Shown: positions 17,911 through 26,677 of the stretch, one piece after another | Numbering within the stretch: position 1 is the first letter of the stretch | Layout of the letters: each line of letters begins with the position of its first letter | Source of the DNA: Pseudomonas phage vB_PaePAO1-KEN19 | Sequence record: PP456878.1 | Length of the DNA stretch: 64,000 nt | Direction: 5' to 3' (one strand) | Program-made: the position numbers and the translations under genes | The notes under the pieces: model-generated | Database searches by the model: none | What the model saw: only the letters and a program-made list of their open reading frames with translations | Told to the model about the DNA's origin: nothing

Positions 17911-18244
17911 AATTAAGCATTAAATATTTAGGTTCAGTAGTGGCTCGGATCTTAGCAATAAGTGCTTTTTGATCACTAACCTTACTAATGGGATATTCTA
18001 ATAAACGTAAATCCATGTCCCGATGTACTAAACCTAACATTGCCTTATTTTGATGACTATTATTACGTAATGCAGCGATATGTTTATCAACTTCATTACT
18101 AACAGTCTTTGAAAGCCCTACCAAATACTTCCCAGTTGCAATGTGTTCAATAACATAAACACCTGCTCCAACTATTTCGCTTCTTTTCCCACGACCGTGC
18201 GAAGTACTTGACCAACTATAACACTTATCATCAACTATAAACAT
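17909..18244 (-). CDS. GIY-YIG domain mini-nuclease (111 aa), comparable in size to T4 endonuclease II DenA
   Basis: GVYVIEHIATGKYLVGLSK matches the GIY...YIG/YVG core, with a conserved Arg downstream (KIRAT). Confidence 0.6.
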   Translation of the reverse strand: MFIVDDKCYSWSSTSHGRGKRSEIVGAGVYVIEHIATGKYLVGLSKTVSNEVDKHIAALRNNSHQNKAMLGLVHRDMDLRLLEYPISKVSDQKALIAKIRATTEPKYLMLN

Positions 18245-18287
18245 GGTTAATTCCCGTCCTATAACTATCTAATTGGACGGTCAAGTA

Positions 18288-18659
18288 TTAGCTACCAGTC
18301 CATGAATACTTATCATAAACTAACCACATTGAATGGATCTTATTGATGATATTGAAAATAGGTTCTTGGACCTCTTCAAAATCACCTAGGTTAGCTGCCA
18401 GATTGGCCATGTATTGGAATAGCCACTCAATTGACACATCCACTAGATTGGTAAATGGGATACTGGCATATGGGATTTGCTTTGACATACCAAACTGATA
18501 AACCTTAGCAAACCATGCATCCAACATTGCAACATCTGCTTTAAGCATCCAATTAATTTCAGCAGGATGTGCGCCATAGGTGATGTTAAATAAATCACCA
18601 GTAACTGTTTTAACAAGCATTTCCACTTCAGTCGCATTAAATTCAATCATCTCAACCAA
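18288..18659 (-). CDS. hypothetical protein (123 aa)
   Basis: Same-strand ORF. Confidence 0.5.
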   Translation of the reverse strand: MVEMIEFNATEVEMLVKTVTGDLFNITYGAHPAEINWMLKADVAMLDAWFAKVYQFGMSKQIPYASIPFTNLVDVSIEWLFQYMANLAANLGDFEEVQEPIFNIINKIHSMWLVYDKYSWTGS

Positions 18660-19029
18660 CCTTTAGTTTACTGCAATATAGTCTAAACTTAAGAATATCC
18701 TCTACTAAGTTAGACCACAGGGTATACCTATTTCGTGATGCATTTACTTCTTCAATCTTAGCATTTATATTTTGGCGAAGAACTTTGTAATGCTGATACG
18801 CATTAGTCGCATGTTTAGAGAACATGATGATAATATCATCAGGACTTTTATTTAGCACATCAGCTAGTGAATCATCATCATATATTTCAATAAGTGTATT
18901 AACGATACGATGATGAAGATGGGTTAGTAATTGGTAAATATGATATTCGCTACCAATATAATCACCTTTTATAAAAGCTCTTTTACTGTAGAAGATCTGT
19001 GCAGTATCTCTTATGCATTCAAGTTTCAT
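18652..19029 (-). CDS. hypothetical protein (125 aa)
   Basis: Same-strand ORF. Confidence 0.5.
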   Translation of the reverse strand: MKLECIRDTAQIFYSKRAFIKGDYIGSEYHIYQLLTHLHHRIVNTLIEIYDDDSLADVLNKSPDDIIIMFSKHATNAYQHYKVLRQNINAKIEEVNASRNRYTLWSNLVEDILKFRLYCSKLKVG

Positions 19030-19238
19030 TGTGCATTAACCTGATGTAGATGAACATAAAATCCATTACTAGGACCACTATTAGATGGATAAACTAACAG
19101 ATGGTCTCCATTAACAGATTCGATTATAACTACAGTACCAGCTTTACATAGTGTAAGATCATAACCGCATTCACCGGTGCTATTAATAATATCTGTATTG
19201 ACTACAACTTTGTCACCGGCTTTAAATGAATTTGACAT
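19026..19238 (-). CDS. hypothetical protein (70 aa)
   Basis: Same-strand ORF with a 4-nt overlap. Confidence 0.45.
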   Translation of the reverse strand: MSNSFKAGDKVVVNTDIINSTGECGYDLTLCKAGTVVIIESVNGDHLLVYPSNSGPSNGFYVHLHQVNAQ

Positions 19239-19246
19239 ATACCACC

Positions 19247-19549
19247 TCAGTTATATGCGTGAAGAATATCATCCATATCTGTACATTGTACAGTTTCAAT
19301 TTGATTATAATTGTCGGCATTTAAAACTCTAAAGCCGCCTTCGGGATTACCCTCATCAACGCCTAATACGGTTAGGTCATCTCCTTCATCGGCAAACTTC
19401 CATTCTAGATAACCATTCTTTTTACAAGTACGCATGATCCAAATATCCTGTGTTGCTTGTAGAATCATACCAACTTGAACTTTATTCTTAGCGATAAGAC
19501 TAATACCATTAGCTAGCGCGTTTGCTAGACAGCTCACTGTTGAACTCAT
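19247..19549 (-). CDS. hypothetical protein (100 aa)
   Basis: Same-strand ORF. Confidence 0.5.
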   Translation of the reverse strand: MSSTVSCLANALANGISLIAKNKVQVGMILQATQDIWIMRTCKKNGYLEWKFADEGDDLTVLGVDEGNPEGGFRVLNADNYNQIETVQCTDMDDILHAYN

Positions 19550-19605
19550 TTCTTTTTACCTCTTTACAACTCTTCTCTTCAGTCAGCCATGACTTGTTAA
19601 AGATG

Positions 19606-19758
19606 CTATTTATGATAGGATTGAATTTCGGTGATTCTTTCTTTTTCTGATCGGTATCCATCGATATCACCTATATTGATAATTTTATTAATACCAATTA
19701 GCGTACTACCTAAAACCGCTATAACTAAAAACAATACTACATATTTCATTCCTTCCAT
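19606..19758 (-). CDS. small membrane protein (50 aa, MEGMKYVVLFLVIAVLGSTLIGINKII...)
   Basis: Hand-translated minus-strand ORF with GAGGT 9 nt upstream and one TM helix. The + track ORF 19631..19852 is its antisense artefact. Confidence 0.4.
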   Translation of the reverse strand: MEGMKYVVLFLVIAVLGSTLIGINKIINIGDIDGYRSEKERITEIQSYHK

Positions 19759-19843
19759 TTGTGATACCTCAGATAATATTTATTTTATTTGGCATGGTTG
19801 TTATATAACTTTAAATTTTATTATAATAAACTATTACCCCGTA

Positions 19844-20146
19844 TTAAGGTAATAGTTTATTATATTTATTATAGTTATCGATAACCCATTGGCATGACAT
19901 ATGTTTAGGAGTATCACCTAGTAATTTGGTGTACGTTAGAAAATATATTACTTGGGCTTTGTTAAAGTCCAATCCAGCTTCTTCCCAGATATAACGATAC
20001 TGTTCAGTTTTATCCCCATGTGCAGCAACCAGACCAGCGCATGCATCAATGTATCGATCCTCACCAGAGAAAACAGCACTTATGAATTTATCAGTATTAT
20101 CCAACATATACTGAGTCGATTTGATTACCTTATCATTCATTTTCAT
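19844..20146 (-). CDS. hypothetical protein (100 aa)
   Basis: Same-strand ORF. Confidence 0.5.
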   Translation of the reverse strand: MKMNDKVIKSTQYMLDNTDKFISAVFSGEDRYIDACAGLVAAHGDKTEQYRYIWEEAGLDFNKAQVIYFLTYTKLLGDTPKHMSCQWVIDNYNKYNKLLP

Positions 20147-20180
20147 TTGAATATACCTGTTTATATAAAAGGATATAAAA

Positions 20181-20198
20181 GCCTCCCCGAAGGGAGGC
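20181..20198 (-). terminator. hairpin gcctccc-cgaa-gggaggc
   Basis: GC hairpin family. Confidence 0.6.
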
Positions 20199-20208
20199 CA
20201 TTATGACG

Positions 20209-20643
20209 TTACATTGTGAAACGAATTGACACACCACAAATAGGACTATTGTCATCTGTCCAAATTTTTGCAGTACCATCATTTTTAATAGTTAAACAAT
20301 AACCCCAACGGAGATTATTTATTTTAGTGGTATAACCACTTTTGAATACAGCCATGTCTTTATAAAGCTGAGGGATAGTTGGCACTACCTTTGACTGCAT
20401 TTTACCAGATAAATCACGATAGTAGAGTTTATCTACAATCACATTATCAAATTTTTTGTAATCACCAAAGACTTCAGATAGATTAAACTCTACCCCATCT
20501 GTTTTCAGTGGGGCTGTCATAAAACTACCTTGCTCAGTTGTAACCATACTGATAGCAACATCATGGTCTAATAGAAATCGAGTTTCACCAATAGTTTTCT
20601 TATATACTGGGAAACTTCCTAGCGGTTGTAGAACACTCATCAT
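20209..20643 (-). CDS. hypothetical protein (144 aa)
   Basis: Same-strand ORF. Confidence 0.5.
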   Translation of the reverse strand: MMSVLQPLGSFPVYKKTIGETRFLLDHDVAISMVTTEQGSFMTAPLKTDGVEFNLSEVFGDYKKFDNVIVDKLYYRDLSGKMQSKVVPTIPQLYKDMAVFKSGYTTKINNLRWGYCLTIKNDGTAKIWTDDNSPICGVSIRFTM

Positions 20644-20676
20644 TAACTCCTGATTGACGGTCTATAAAATTGACCA

Positions 20677-21123
20677 TTATAAACCTTTATAGCATTCTAC
20701 GCTAATTTTCTTTATGGTCATATCAAACTCACTATCAACATACTCATTGTCATGATAGTATTCATCTGAATAACCTATGAGTTTTTTCTGGTTATGATAA
20801 TTTAAAAAGAAAATAACACGCATCACAATACAAGCATGTTCGGGATGATTAAGGTATAATTCTTTCTTATTTAGGTCTAAATAAAGTGTTTTTATTTGAA
20901 CTGGTTCATTAGTGAAAACTAGTTTTACAGGGTTATCCAGCTGTATTACTTTGGGTTCACTATTAAAAAATGTATCACCGGGTTCACCTAAGTAATACGT
21001 AATTGATTTAACATAATAGGCTATATCTTCGGTTTTCTCTAACCGGGTTATACAATAGCCGGTTATGACTGAAAGAACAAACAATGATAAAATAACTAAT
21101 ATTATCTCAGTCACATTGACCAC
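20677..21123 (-). CDS. membrane protein with N-terminal TM anchor (148 aa)
   Basis: N-terminal helix VNVTEIILVILSLFVLSVITGYCI. Confidence 0.5.
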   Translation of the reverse strand: MVNVTEIILVILSLFVLSVITGYCITRLEKTEDIAYYVKSITYYLGEPGDTFFNSEPKVIQLDNPVKLVFTNEPVQIKTLYLDLNKKELYLNHPEHACIVMRVIFFLNYHNQKKLIGYSDEYYHDNEYVDSEFDMTIKKISVECYKGL

Positions 21124-21403
21124 CTATGTAAAGTGTTGTTATATCGATACACTGTGAAACAGAATGTTTACGTGGAATAAATATTTCATCGATGGTTAAA
21201 TCATCATCAATGGGTTGAATACTTTCTAATCTACCAAATCCATCACAGTTAAATTTAAGTGCTGGATAACCTTCAATACCCATGCTAACCCAGCTATTAT
21301 TCTGTTTAGTTATATGGTTGAATTTAAAATTACGCATCTTTCCTAGAAATTCAATTGTCCATGTAGCATCCTTCTGTTTCTTCAAATGGTAATATTTATT
21401 CAT
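21107..21403 (-). CDS. hypothetical protein (98 aa)
   Basis: Same-strand ORF with a 17-nt overlap. Confidence 0.45.
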   Translation of the reverse strand: MNKYYHLKKQKDATWTIEFLGKMRNFKFNHITKQNNSWVSMGIEGYPALKFNCDGFGRLESIQPIDDDLTIDEIFIPRKHSVSQCIDITTLYIGGQCD

Positions 21404-21449
21404 TAGTATTCACCATTATTAAGATTAGTTTCATTCTATTAAATAGATA

Positions 21450-21467
21450 GGGGGTCTTTAGACCCCC
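21450..21467 (-). terminator. hairpin gggggtc-ttta-gaccccc
   Basis: GC hairpin with T-rich flank. Confidence 0.6.
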
Positions 21468-21481
21468 ATTTTCATAATTAA

Positions 21482-21901
21482 TTAGAATGCAGAAATGGTC
21501 AACTCATTGCACTTAACGGCAGCGAGTTTTTCCCAATTTTCTTCATGTTCCATCAAGCATTCAATTACAACATGCATGGACCATGACTCGCCATCAATAT
21601 TTGCAAATACAAAGAAACCATCATCAAGCTCAGTAATGCCACTAATCAGATTATTTTTGATCAGGTAGACCAATTGATCATTAACGATTTTAACTTCATG
21701 ATCAATGAGATGGCTGGCATATTTGCTAGTGATATCAAACACTTCTTTTGATGAAAGTGATCCATCGCGTTTGACGGCAGTTAGGCTCCAATTAACCAAA
21801 GACGGTGAACACCAATGAAGACCATGCACATTCATCAAAACTGGATGTTTGTTATCCATAGCTTTTACAGAATGAGCCCAGTACTTTTCATCAATATACA
21901 T
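21482..21901 (-). CDS. hypothetical protein (139 aa)
   Basis: Same-strand ORF. Confidence 0.5.
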   Translation of the reverse strand: MYIDEKYWAHSVKAMDNKHPVLMNVHGLHWCSPSLVNWSLTAVKRDGSLSSKEVFDITSKYASHLIDHEVKIVNDQLVYLIKNNLISGITELDDGFFVFANIDGESWSMHVVIECLMEHEENWEKLAAVKCNELTISAF

Positions 21902-21927
21902 TTATATTTCCTTTTTTTCCAGATTGA

Positions 21928-22206
21928 TTATTTTATTACAATGCCTTCAGCATTGCGTACTGCTTCTTTAGCAAATTGAACATCTCCAAATACATGTTCA
22001 ATAAACTTTGATGCATCTGACCCAGCTACATCGCTTGATAGTAGTTTCACAGTCTTGGTAATCTTACCAGGATAATAGAGGATGATATCCCATCCATCAC
22101 TTTCTTTAACAGAGCGAATTTTTAGAATAGGCTCTTCTTTACCAAGGTGTTCAAGACTAACACCACTTTTGACAGCGGCTTCATATACTACATCAGAGAT
22201 AGACAT
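21928..22206 (-). CDS. hypothetical protein (92 aa)
   Basis: Same-strand ORF. Confidence 0.5.
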   Translation of the reverse strand: MSISDVVYEAAVKSGVSLEHLGKEEPILKIRSVKESDGWDIILYYPGKITKTVKLLSSDVAGSDASKFIEHVFGDVQFAKEAVRNAEGIVIK

Positions 22207-22229
22207 ATTAGTTACCTTCTTAAAAGAAA

Positions 22230-22245
22230 GCGGTCATGCGACCGC
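22230..22245 (-). terminator. hairpin gcggtc-atgc-gaccgc
   Basis: The stop codon of gene 22234..22467 lies in the loop. tcttta follows. Confidence 0.5.
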
Positions 22246-22467
22246 ATCTTTAATCAGCGAGATAATTCGCGCTGATGGTTCGCGCCAAAATTCAATACGT
22301 ACATTATTGAACTGGCTATCGTGATGCATAAAAGCTGACGATTGCTTTGCTGCATCGTGATTCATAATAGAACGTAGCTGGATAATATTTTTGTCTTTGA
22401 GTCGGATACCATCCAGATCAATGACTTTCAGTCCAGAGTTCATAGTTTTTACAGTTACATGTTGCAT
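22234..22467 (-). CDS. hypothetical protein (77 aa)
   Basis: Same-strand ORF. Confidence 0.45.
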   Translation of the reverse strand: MQHVTVKTMNSGLKVIDLDGIRLKDKNIIQLRSIMNHDAAKQSSAFMHHDSQFNNVRIEFWREPSARIISLIKDAVA

Positions 22468-22518
22468 TTACAATTTCCTTTTAGTTGGATTAAAAATCTG
22501 TTAAACTTCTTTTATAAG

Positions 22519-22941
22519 TTATTTCGGTTTTGCGATAGCTTTAATGAGTTCCTGTTCAAGTTGCACGAGTTCATCATCTGCGATGTCGCGTGAAACACAC
22601 ATACACCGTCCTGGTCGTTTATACCAAGTAATGCAGACATCACGCCAAATAAGCGCACCTTCATCGATATCATTGAGCCTGAAAGTCTTTAGCTCGTCAG
22701 TGTTAAGAGAAGGACCACCAGGATAAGGATAAAATCTTTCGTAATCAATTCCACTATATTTCATCACTAGGGCATATAGTGGTGGTTGAACCATTTTCCA
22801 ATATGAAGCTAATTTAATATCCTCACTTGGTACAGATGCCCAATACTCTTTTTCTGCTTCATCCATTTCTTCTGGTTTAGGAAGTCCACCAATCAGGCAA
22901 TATGCATGTTCAGCAACTTCAACTAAGCGTGTATTTTTCAT
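22519..22941 (-). CDS. hypothetical protein (140 aa)
   Basis: Same-strand ORF. Confidence 0.5.
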   Translation of the reverse strand: MKNTRLVEVAEHAYCLIGGLPKPEEMDEAEKEYWASVPSEDIKLASYWKMVQPPLYALVMKYSGIDYERFYPYPGGPSLNTDELKTFRLNDIDEGALIWRDVCITWYKRPGRCMCVSRDIADDELVQLEQELIKAIAKPK

Positions 22942-23282
22942 AGCTTAATCCTAATCTTTGTAATACCGCAATCGTGCTCACCGAACTCGACTTTTCTCCA
23001 GCCCGCTTCACGCAATCGTGCTTTAACAACCTTCATTACAGATGGAGCAATTTCATCCTTATGTTCGACAACAATTTCATAACTGCGAATAAAATGGAAG
23101 TTGTTGAAACCAGGTAGGTCTTCAAGCATCTTTCTCCGAATACCCGCACAGACTTCATTGGCTTGCCGTTCAACCAACATTGCATGAATTTCATTTTTGG
23201 TCGGAATAGAGCAATTGCCAGTTTCTATTTGAAGAGTTTTGATTGCATTTTCCAAAAGAGATTTTGAAATACCAAGAGTCAT
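22938..23282 (-). CDS. hypothetical protein (114 aa)
   Basis: Same-strand ORF with a 4-nt overlap. Confidence 0.5.
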   Translation of the reverse strand: MTLGISKSLLENAIKTLQIETGNCSIPTKNEIHAMLVERQANEVCAGIRRKMLEDLPGFNNFHFIRSYEIVVEHKDEIAPSVMKVVKARLREAGWRKVEFGEHDCGITKIRIKL

Positions 23283-23335
23283 CGTATCAGTTCCCCGTGA
23301 GTTAAATAAATTTTAATACGCGTTTTGATGGTTTA

Positions 23336-23695
23336 TTATTTACCAATAGATACAATTACCTCTTTTAATTTACCATGGTCATTAATTGCCATCTGACAAG
23401 TGGGGCACGGATACGCATCCAATGGCCTGCCATCAGCACCGACCCGCGCAACATAGATCCTATATCCTTTTCCTTTGGAGAGGATGATAGAACGCAACTC
23501 ACTATGCATCTCACAACGTAGATCAGACAATCCTGCTTTTAGAGAATAACGTTTCTGAACAGGATGTGTTTTACCATACATATTTTGGCTTTCACTAATA
23601 ATCCTGCCACGCTTATCAGTAATGACTGAATAAACACGTTGACGATGTTTTACATAAGGGATCTCGCGACACTTTTCCAAAGCATAATCCAACAT
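23336..23695 (-). CDS. zinc-dependent deaminase of the cytidine/dCMP deaminase family (119 aa from Met MLDYALEK)
   Basis: C-E-M-H-S-E (the H/C-x-E zinc and catalytic motif), then PCPTCQMAI about 35 aa later (PCxxC). The track ORF starts at 23797 inside the promoter and terminator region. The start was moved to the first Met after the promoter; AGGT lies upstream. Confidence 0.7.
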   Translation of the reverse strand: MLDYALEKCREIPYVKHRQRVYSVITDKRGRIISESQNMYGKTHPVQKRYSLKAGLSDLRCEMHSELRSIILSKGKGYRIYVARVGADGRPLDAYPCPTCQMAINDHGKLKEVIVSIGK

Positions 23696-23737
23696 AATTG
23701 ATTTACCTATTTGAAATTTAGATAGTTTTATCACATT

Positions 23738-23771
23738 TGTAATATACTGTTTAAAATGCTTTAAATACAAA
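23738..23771 (-). promoter_or_regulatory. conserved early promoter (family 1), TTGTAT-N18-TATATTAC on the minus strand
   Basis: The + strand reads ttgtaatatactgtttaaaatgctttaaatacaa. The same core motif recurs at 30079, 33595 and 49348, always between a terminator hairpin and a gene start. Confidence 0.5.
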
Positions 23772-23785
23772 AAAATAAAATATAA

Positions 23786-23806
23786 GCCCTCCCGCAATGG
23801 GAGGGC
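23786..23806 (-). terminator. hairpin gccctccc-gcaat-gggagggc
   Basis: Identical 21-mer to the hairpin at 61931-61951. Confidence 0.6.
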
Positions 23807-23819
23807 AATATAATAACTA

Positions 23820-24254
23820 TTACAATTTATTCGCCATTTTACCTGGTACTATAACCCAGTGTAAATTACATTTAATGTGTTTATTTTTAAGAGACATTCC
23901 TGAGATACACACATCCTCTTTGGTTATGCTAATTTTAAATAAAGCTTCCCATTTATTAGCTGTGATGATTTCATCAACAGTGTGATGGAATTTAAGTGTG
24001 TTATCTAATACTGAAATATAAAAGTCTTTATTGGGTTGACCTTTAGTTAAATCAATTATTAACCTATTATTTAATTTAGGTGAAAAAGTTGTTAATGTAC
24101 CATCTTCATTATTTTCAGATATATAAGAGCAACCAGTAACAATGAAGACATTATCATTTACACTATTGGCATAAATTATTTTTGGGTGTTTAAAAATATT
24201 AATTAGATAAACAATAATTGCTGACAGGATTAGTGCAATTACTATATCAGCCAT
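23820..24254 (-). CDS. membrane-anchored protein (144 aa)
   Basis: N-terminal TM helix MADIVIALILSAIIVYLINIF. Confidence 0.5.
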   Translation of the reverse strand: MADIVIALILSAIIVYLINIFKHPKIIYANSVNDNVFIVTGCSYISENNEDGTLTTFSPKLNNRLIIDLTKGQPNKDFYISVLDNTLKFHHTVDEIITANKWEALFKISITKEDVCISGMSLKNKHIKCNLHWVIVPGKMANKL

Positions 24255-24256
24255 TA

Positions 24257-24631
24257 TTAACCCCTATTAACAAAGATAAAATAATCTCGTAGTTCACCAG
24301 CTAAATCTAATGGTTGATAATTATCACTACCATCATCATAAGGGATATAATCAGCACCTGCTTCTACAGCCGCTAAATATTCTTCCTCACCAACTGCTGG
24401 AATTAAATGAAACGCTGGGCAATCGTCATTATTGCCATCTAGTATATCTAGCATGCCTGTAATGACACTATCTGCTACAGCCCTGTCCCGATCAGCTGGC
24501 TCTGTAAATTGATCAAGTTTAGAGTTATTGATAGCATTATCACGCATATTGACAACACTACTAATAAATAGTTCTTTAACTTGTTCCTGTGTTACAGGTT
24601 TAACATTACCATCGCCTTCAAAATAGATCAT
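24257..24631 (-). CDS. hypothetical acidic protein (124 aa), paralogue of the C-terminal half of 24676..25362
   Basis: Shares ...LDGNxDxxPxFxLIPxVxxEEY... with the adjacent gene. Confidence 0.5.
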   Translation of the reverse strand: MIYFEGDGNVKPVTQEQVKELFISSVVNMRDNAINNSKLDQFTEPADRDRAVADSVITGMLDILDGNNDDCPAFHLIPAVGEEEYLAAVEAGADYIPYDDGSDNYQPLDLAGELRDYFIFVNRG

Positions 24632-24675
24632 AATTACATACCTTGTTATCAGTAGCTTATAAATTTATTAGTTCA

Positions 24676-25362
24676 TTAACGCATTATTCGACTGATATCA
24701 TCAGCTATTTGTGATTGTATCTTTTCCGCTTTTTCTTTAGCTTTTTCTACTAACATAGCAAGTTGCTCTTGCGTAAAATTACCCGAGTAATACTTAACAG
24801 GTTTCTCACCTGCTAAACTAAGGAAATGGTTCAATAGTGCATGTGGTCCTTTGAAAGGTTCCGTAAATGTCTTAGAAACTTGATAACGTAGATTACCAGA
24901 AATATCAACTGCATCACACTTTGCACGGATATTATCTTTTAAATTTTCAACTGGGTTTACTGGCCAATAATTCTCACCAATACTTATTAGGTAGTCAATA
25001 TCCTCTTGAGTAACATTAGGTATAAGTTTGAATCCGGGTATATTTGGATCATTGCCATCTAGGCCAGCTGCGATGCTATATATAAATCCATCAAGCATAT
25101 CTCTGATAGATAGTGCCTTATCTGTATTTTGAGTATCGGTATACTGTTTATGCCAGTAATTACGTGTGCTTTGAAGCCAATTTACAAAGAGAGAAGTTTG
25201 TTCCTCTTTTGTATATTCTCTCGGATCATCTACTTTCTCCCATTCTTTTTGTTTATTTATCTTAGGAGTCTTAGTTTTCTTTACAGGTTGTTCAATCGGT
25301 GAATCTGAAACCTTTGTTTCAAATCCTATACCAACTATAGTTTTATCGGTTGTATTGATCAT
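24676..25362 (-). CDS. hypothetical protein (228 aa), tandem paralogue partner
   Basis: Contains AAGLDGNDPNIPGFKLIPNVTQEDIDY, similar to the 124-aa neighbour. Confidence 0.5.
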   Translation of the reverse strand: MINTTDKTIVGIGFETKVSDSPIEQPVKKTKTPKINKQKEWEKVDDPREYTKEEQTSLFVNWLQSTRNYWHKQYTDTQNTDKALSIRDMLDGFIYSIAAGLDGNDPNIPGFKLIPNVTQEDIDYLISIGENYWPVNPVENLKDNIRAKCDAVDISGNLRYQVSKTFTEPFKGPHALLNHFLSLAGEKPVKYYSGNFTQEQLAMLVEKAKEKAEKIQSQIADDISRIMR

Positions 25363-25589
25363 AGAACATGAAACCTTTGTATATAGTTTGGTTTTATGCG
25401 TTTAGTAAATTGCGCTGAATGCTCAATGTAATAAATGCATTTATCATTAAGTGAATACACTGTATAATAGGTTTTAGCACATATATGTCGTATGCCAATA
25501 GTAACACATATTTCCCAACCGATCTTTGTAAATACATAACCTAACTGATTAGGCTCTATTTCTAAACATCTTTTGTCGAAGTTAACCAT
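25359..25589 (-). CDS. hypothetical protein (76 aa)
   Basis: Same-strand ORF with a 4-nt overlap. Confidence 0.4.
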   Translation of the reverse strand: MVNFDKRCLEIEPNQLGYVFTKIGWEICVTIGIRHICAKTYYTVYSLNDKCIYYIEHSAQFTKRIKPNYIQRFHVL

Positions 25590-26029
25590 TGTGGCTTCCT
25601 CGGAATAGTTCGCAAGTACTGAACAATAAGTCGCGCGAATTCATCCATATCGTCTTCAACTAGAATTAACTCATCCAATGTATACCAGCCATCATCAGTT
25701 GTTTCAATTAGATTAGAATCATCTTTGATTTCTCTATCTAAGATGGCGTATAATCTAGTTGGTCCAAAATCAGGCTCTTCTATAACCCCAAGATGTATCA
25801 AAGAATTTCTATTATTAGTATCATCTGTGATAGTTGGCTGAACACTAATATTGGAAGTTTCCTCTGGGAAGTTATAACTATCTAAAATAGCAAAATCAGT
25901 TAATTGTCTAATAGCCTTTCTAGTGAAATCATAAACCTTCACTATGGGATGAATCACATAGGTTAGTTTATCATTAACTAAACGTTGCCTTAAATTAATA
26001 AATGCGCAGTTATTCATCGACATACTCAT
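25562..26029 (-). CDS. hypothetical protein (155 aa)
   Basis: Same-strand ORF. Confidence 0.5.
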   Translation of the reverse strand: MSMSMNNCAFINLRQRLVNDKLTYVIHPIVKVYDFTRKAIRQLTDFAILDSYNFPEETSNISVQPTITDDTNNRNSLIHLGVIEEPDFGPTRLYAILDREIKDDSNLIETTDDGWYTLDELILVEDDMDEFARLIVQYLRTIPRKPQWLTSTKDV

Positions 26030-26384
26030 GTACCATTTTAATAGTTTTCAAAAATACTTCTTGATTATTACTATCATCTGCTTTTAGAATAACAGGATGA
26101 CACATAAATTCATTTTCCAATGATACTCGATAATATTCATTAATTGTCTGAATGAAATCAAGCGGGGGATAAATAATAATATCCTTATCTGTTTCGGCGT
26201 AATTAACTACATTTGGTTCATGTTTAAATTTGGATTTATTTAATTTATAAACAAAGTATTTTATATCATTTTTATCTACTTGTGATACAAATACAATTCG
26301 TTCATACATTGATAAATCAATATCTTTACCAATATTGATAGACAGTGGCATACCAATAAATGAGCGTTTAATATTTTCATTCAT
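26010..26384 (-). CDS. hypothetical protein (124 aa)
   Basis: Same-strand ORF. Confidence 0.5.
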   Translation of the reverse strand: MNENIKRSFIGMPLSINIGKDIDLSMYERIVFVSQVDKNDIKYFVYKLNKSKFKHEPNVVNYAETDKDIIIYPPLDFIQTINEYYRVSLENEFMCHPVILKADDSNNQEVFLKTIKMVHEYVDE

Positions 26385-26423
26385 TTTTTAATTACCTATT
26401 TAATAGTTTAATGTTGTATTAGT

Positions 26424-26456
26424 GTAATATAGATTTCAAAAAAAATTTAATGTAAA
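26424..26456 (-). promoter_or_regulatory. conserved early promoter (family 2), TTACAT-N18-TATATTAC on the minus strand
   Basis: The + strand reads gtgtaatatagatttcaaaaaaaatttaatgtaa. Relatives occur at 41538, 33163, 48284 and 57065. Confidence 0.45.
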
Positions 26457-26458
26457 AG

Positions 26459-26478
26459 CCCTCTCCTTTGGGAGAGGG
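26459..26478 (-). terminator. hairpin ccctctcc-tttg-ggagaggg
   Basis: GC hairpin downstream of the small ORF 26488..26595. Confidence 0.6.
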
Positions 26479-26487
26479 TTTATGACT

Positions 26488-26595
26488 TTATTTATATTTT
26501 TTCTTATGAGTGTGGTAAATATAGCTAAATAGCATACCGATTGACATTGATACAGCTACCATACCCACATAGAAAAGTTCATTACTAAGTTGCAT
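26488..26595 (-). CDS. small hydrophobic peptide (35 aa, [35 protein letters not shown])
   Basis: Hand-translated. GAGGAA lies 5 nt upstream of the ATG. One TM helix with a basic C-terminal tail. Confidence 0.4.
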   Translation of the reverse strand: MQLSNELFYVGMVAVSMSIGMLFSYIYHTHKKKYK

Positions 26596-26633
26596 TAGAT
26601 TTCCTCAAATAGTTTAATTTATCCCACCTAGTT

Positions 26634-26675
26634 TTAACCGTCCAGTCGGTTAAAAAGAGGACCCGAAGGTCCTCT
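26634..26675 (-). terminator. tandem hairpins ttaaccg-tccagt-cggttaa and agaggacc-cgaa-ggtcctct
   Basis: Two adjacent stem-loops downstream of gene 26678..26917. Confidence 0.5.
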
Positions 26676-26677
26676 AA

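Noticed and set aside
23750-23775. MotA-type middle promoter on the + strand (aTGCTTtA-N12-TAAAAT)
   Set aside because: The orientation points away from every gene and into a terminator. The same sequence is better explained as the minus-strand early promoter. It is kept only as a remark.
23696-23797. N-terminal 34-aa extension of the deaminase ORF (track start at 23797)
   Set aside because: The extension would be encoded through the conserved promoter and the terminator hairpin. The first Met after the promoter, with AGGT upstream, is the likelier start.
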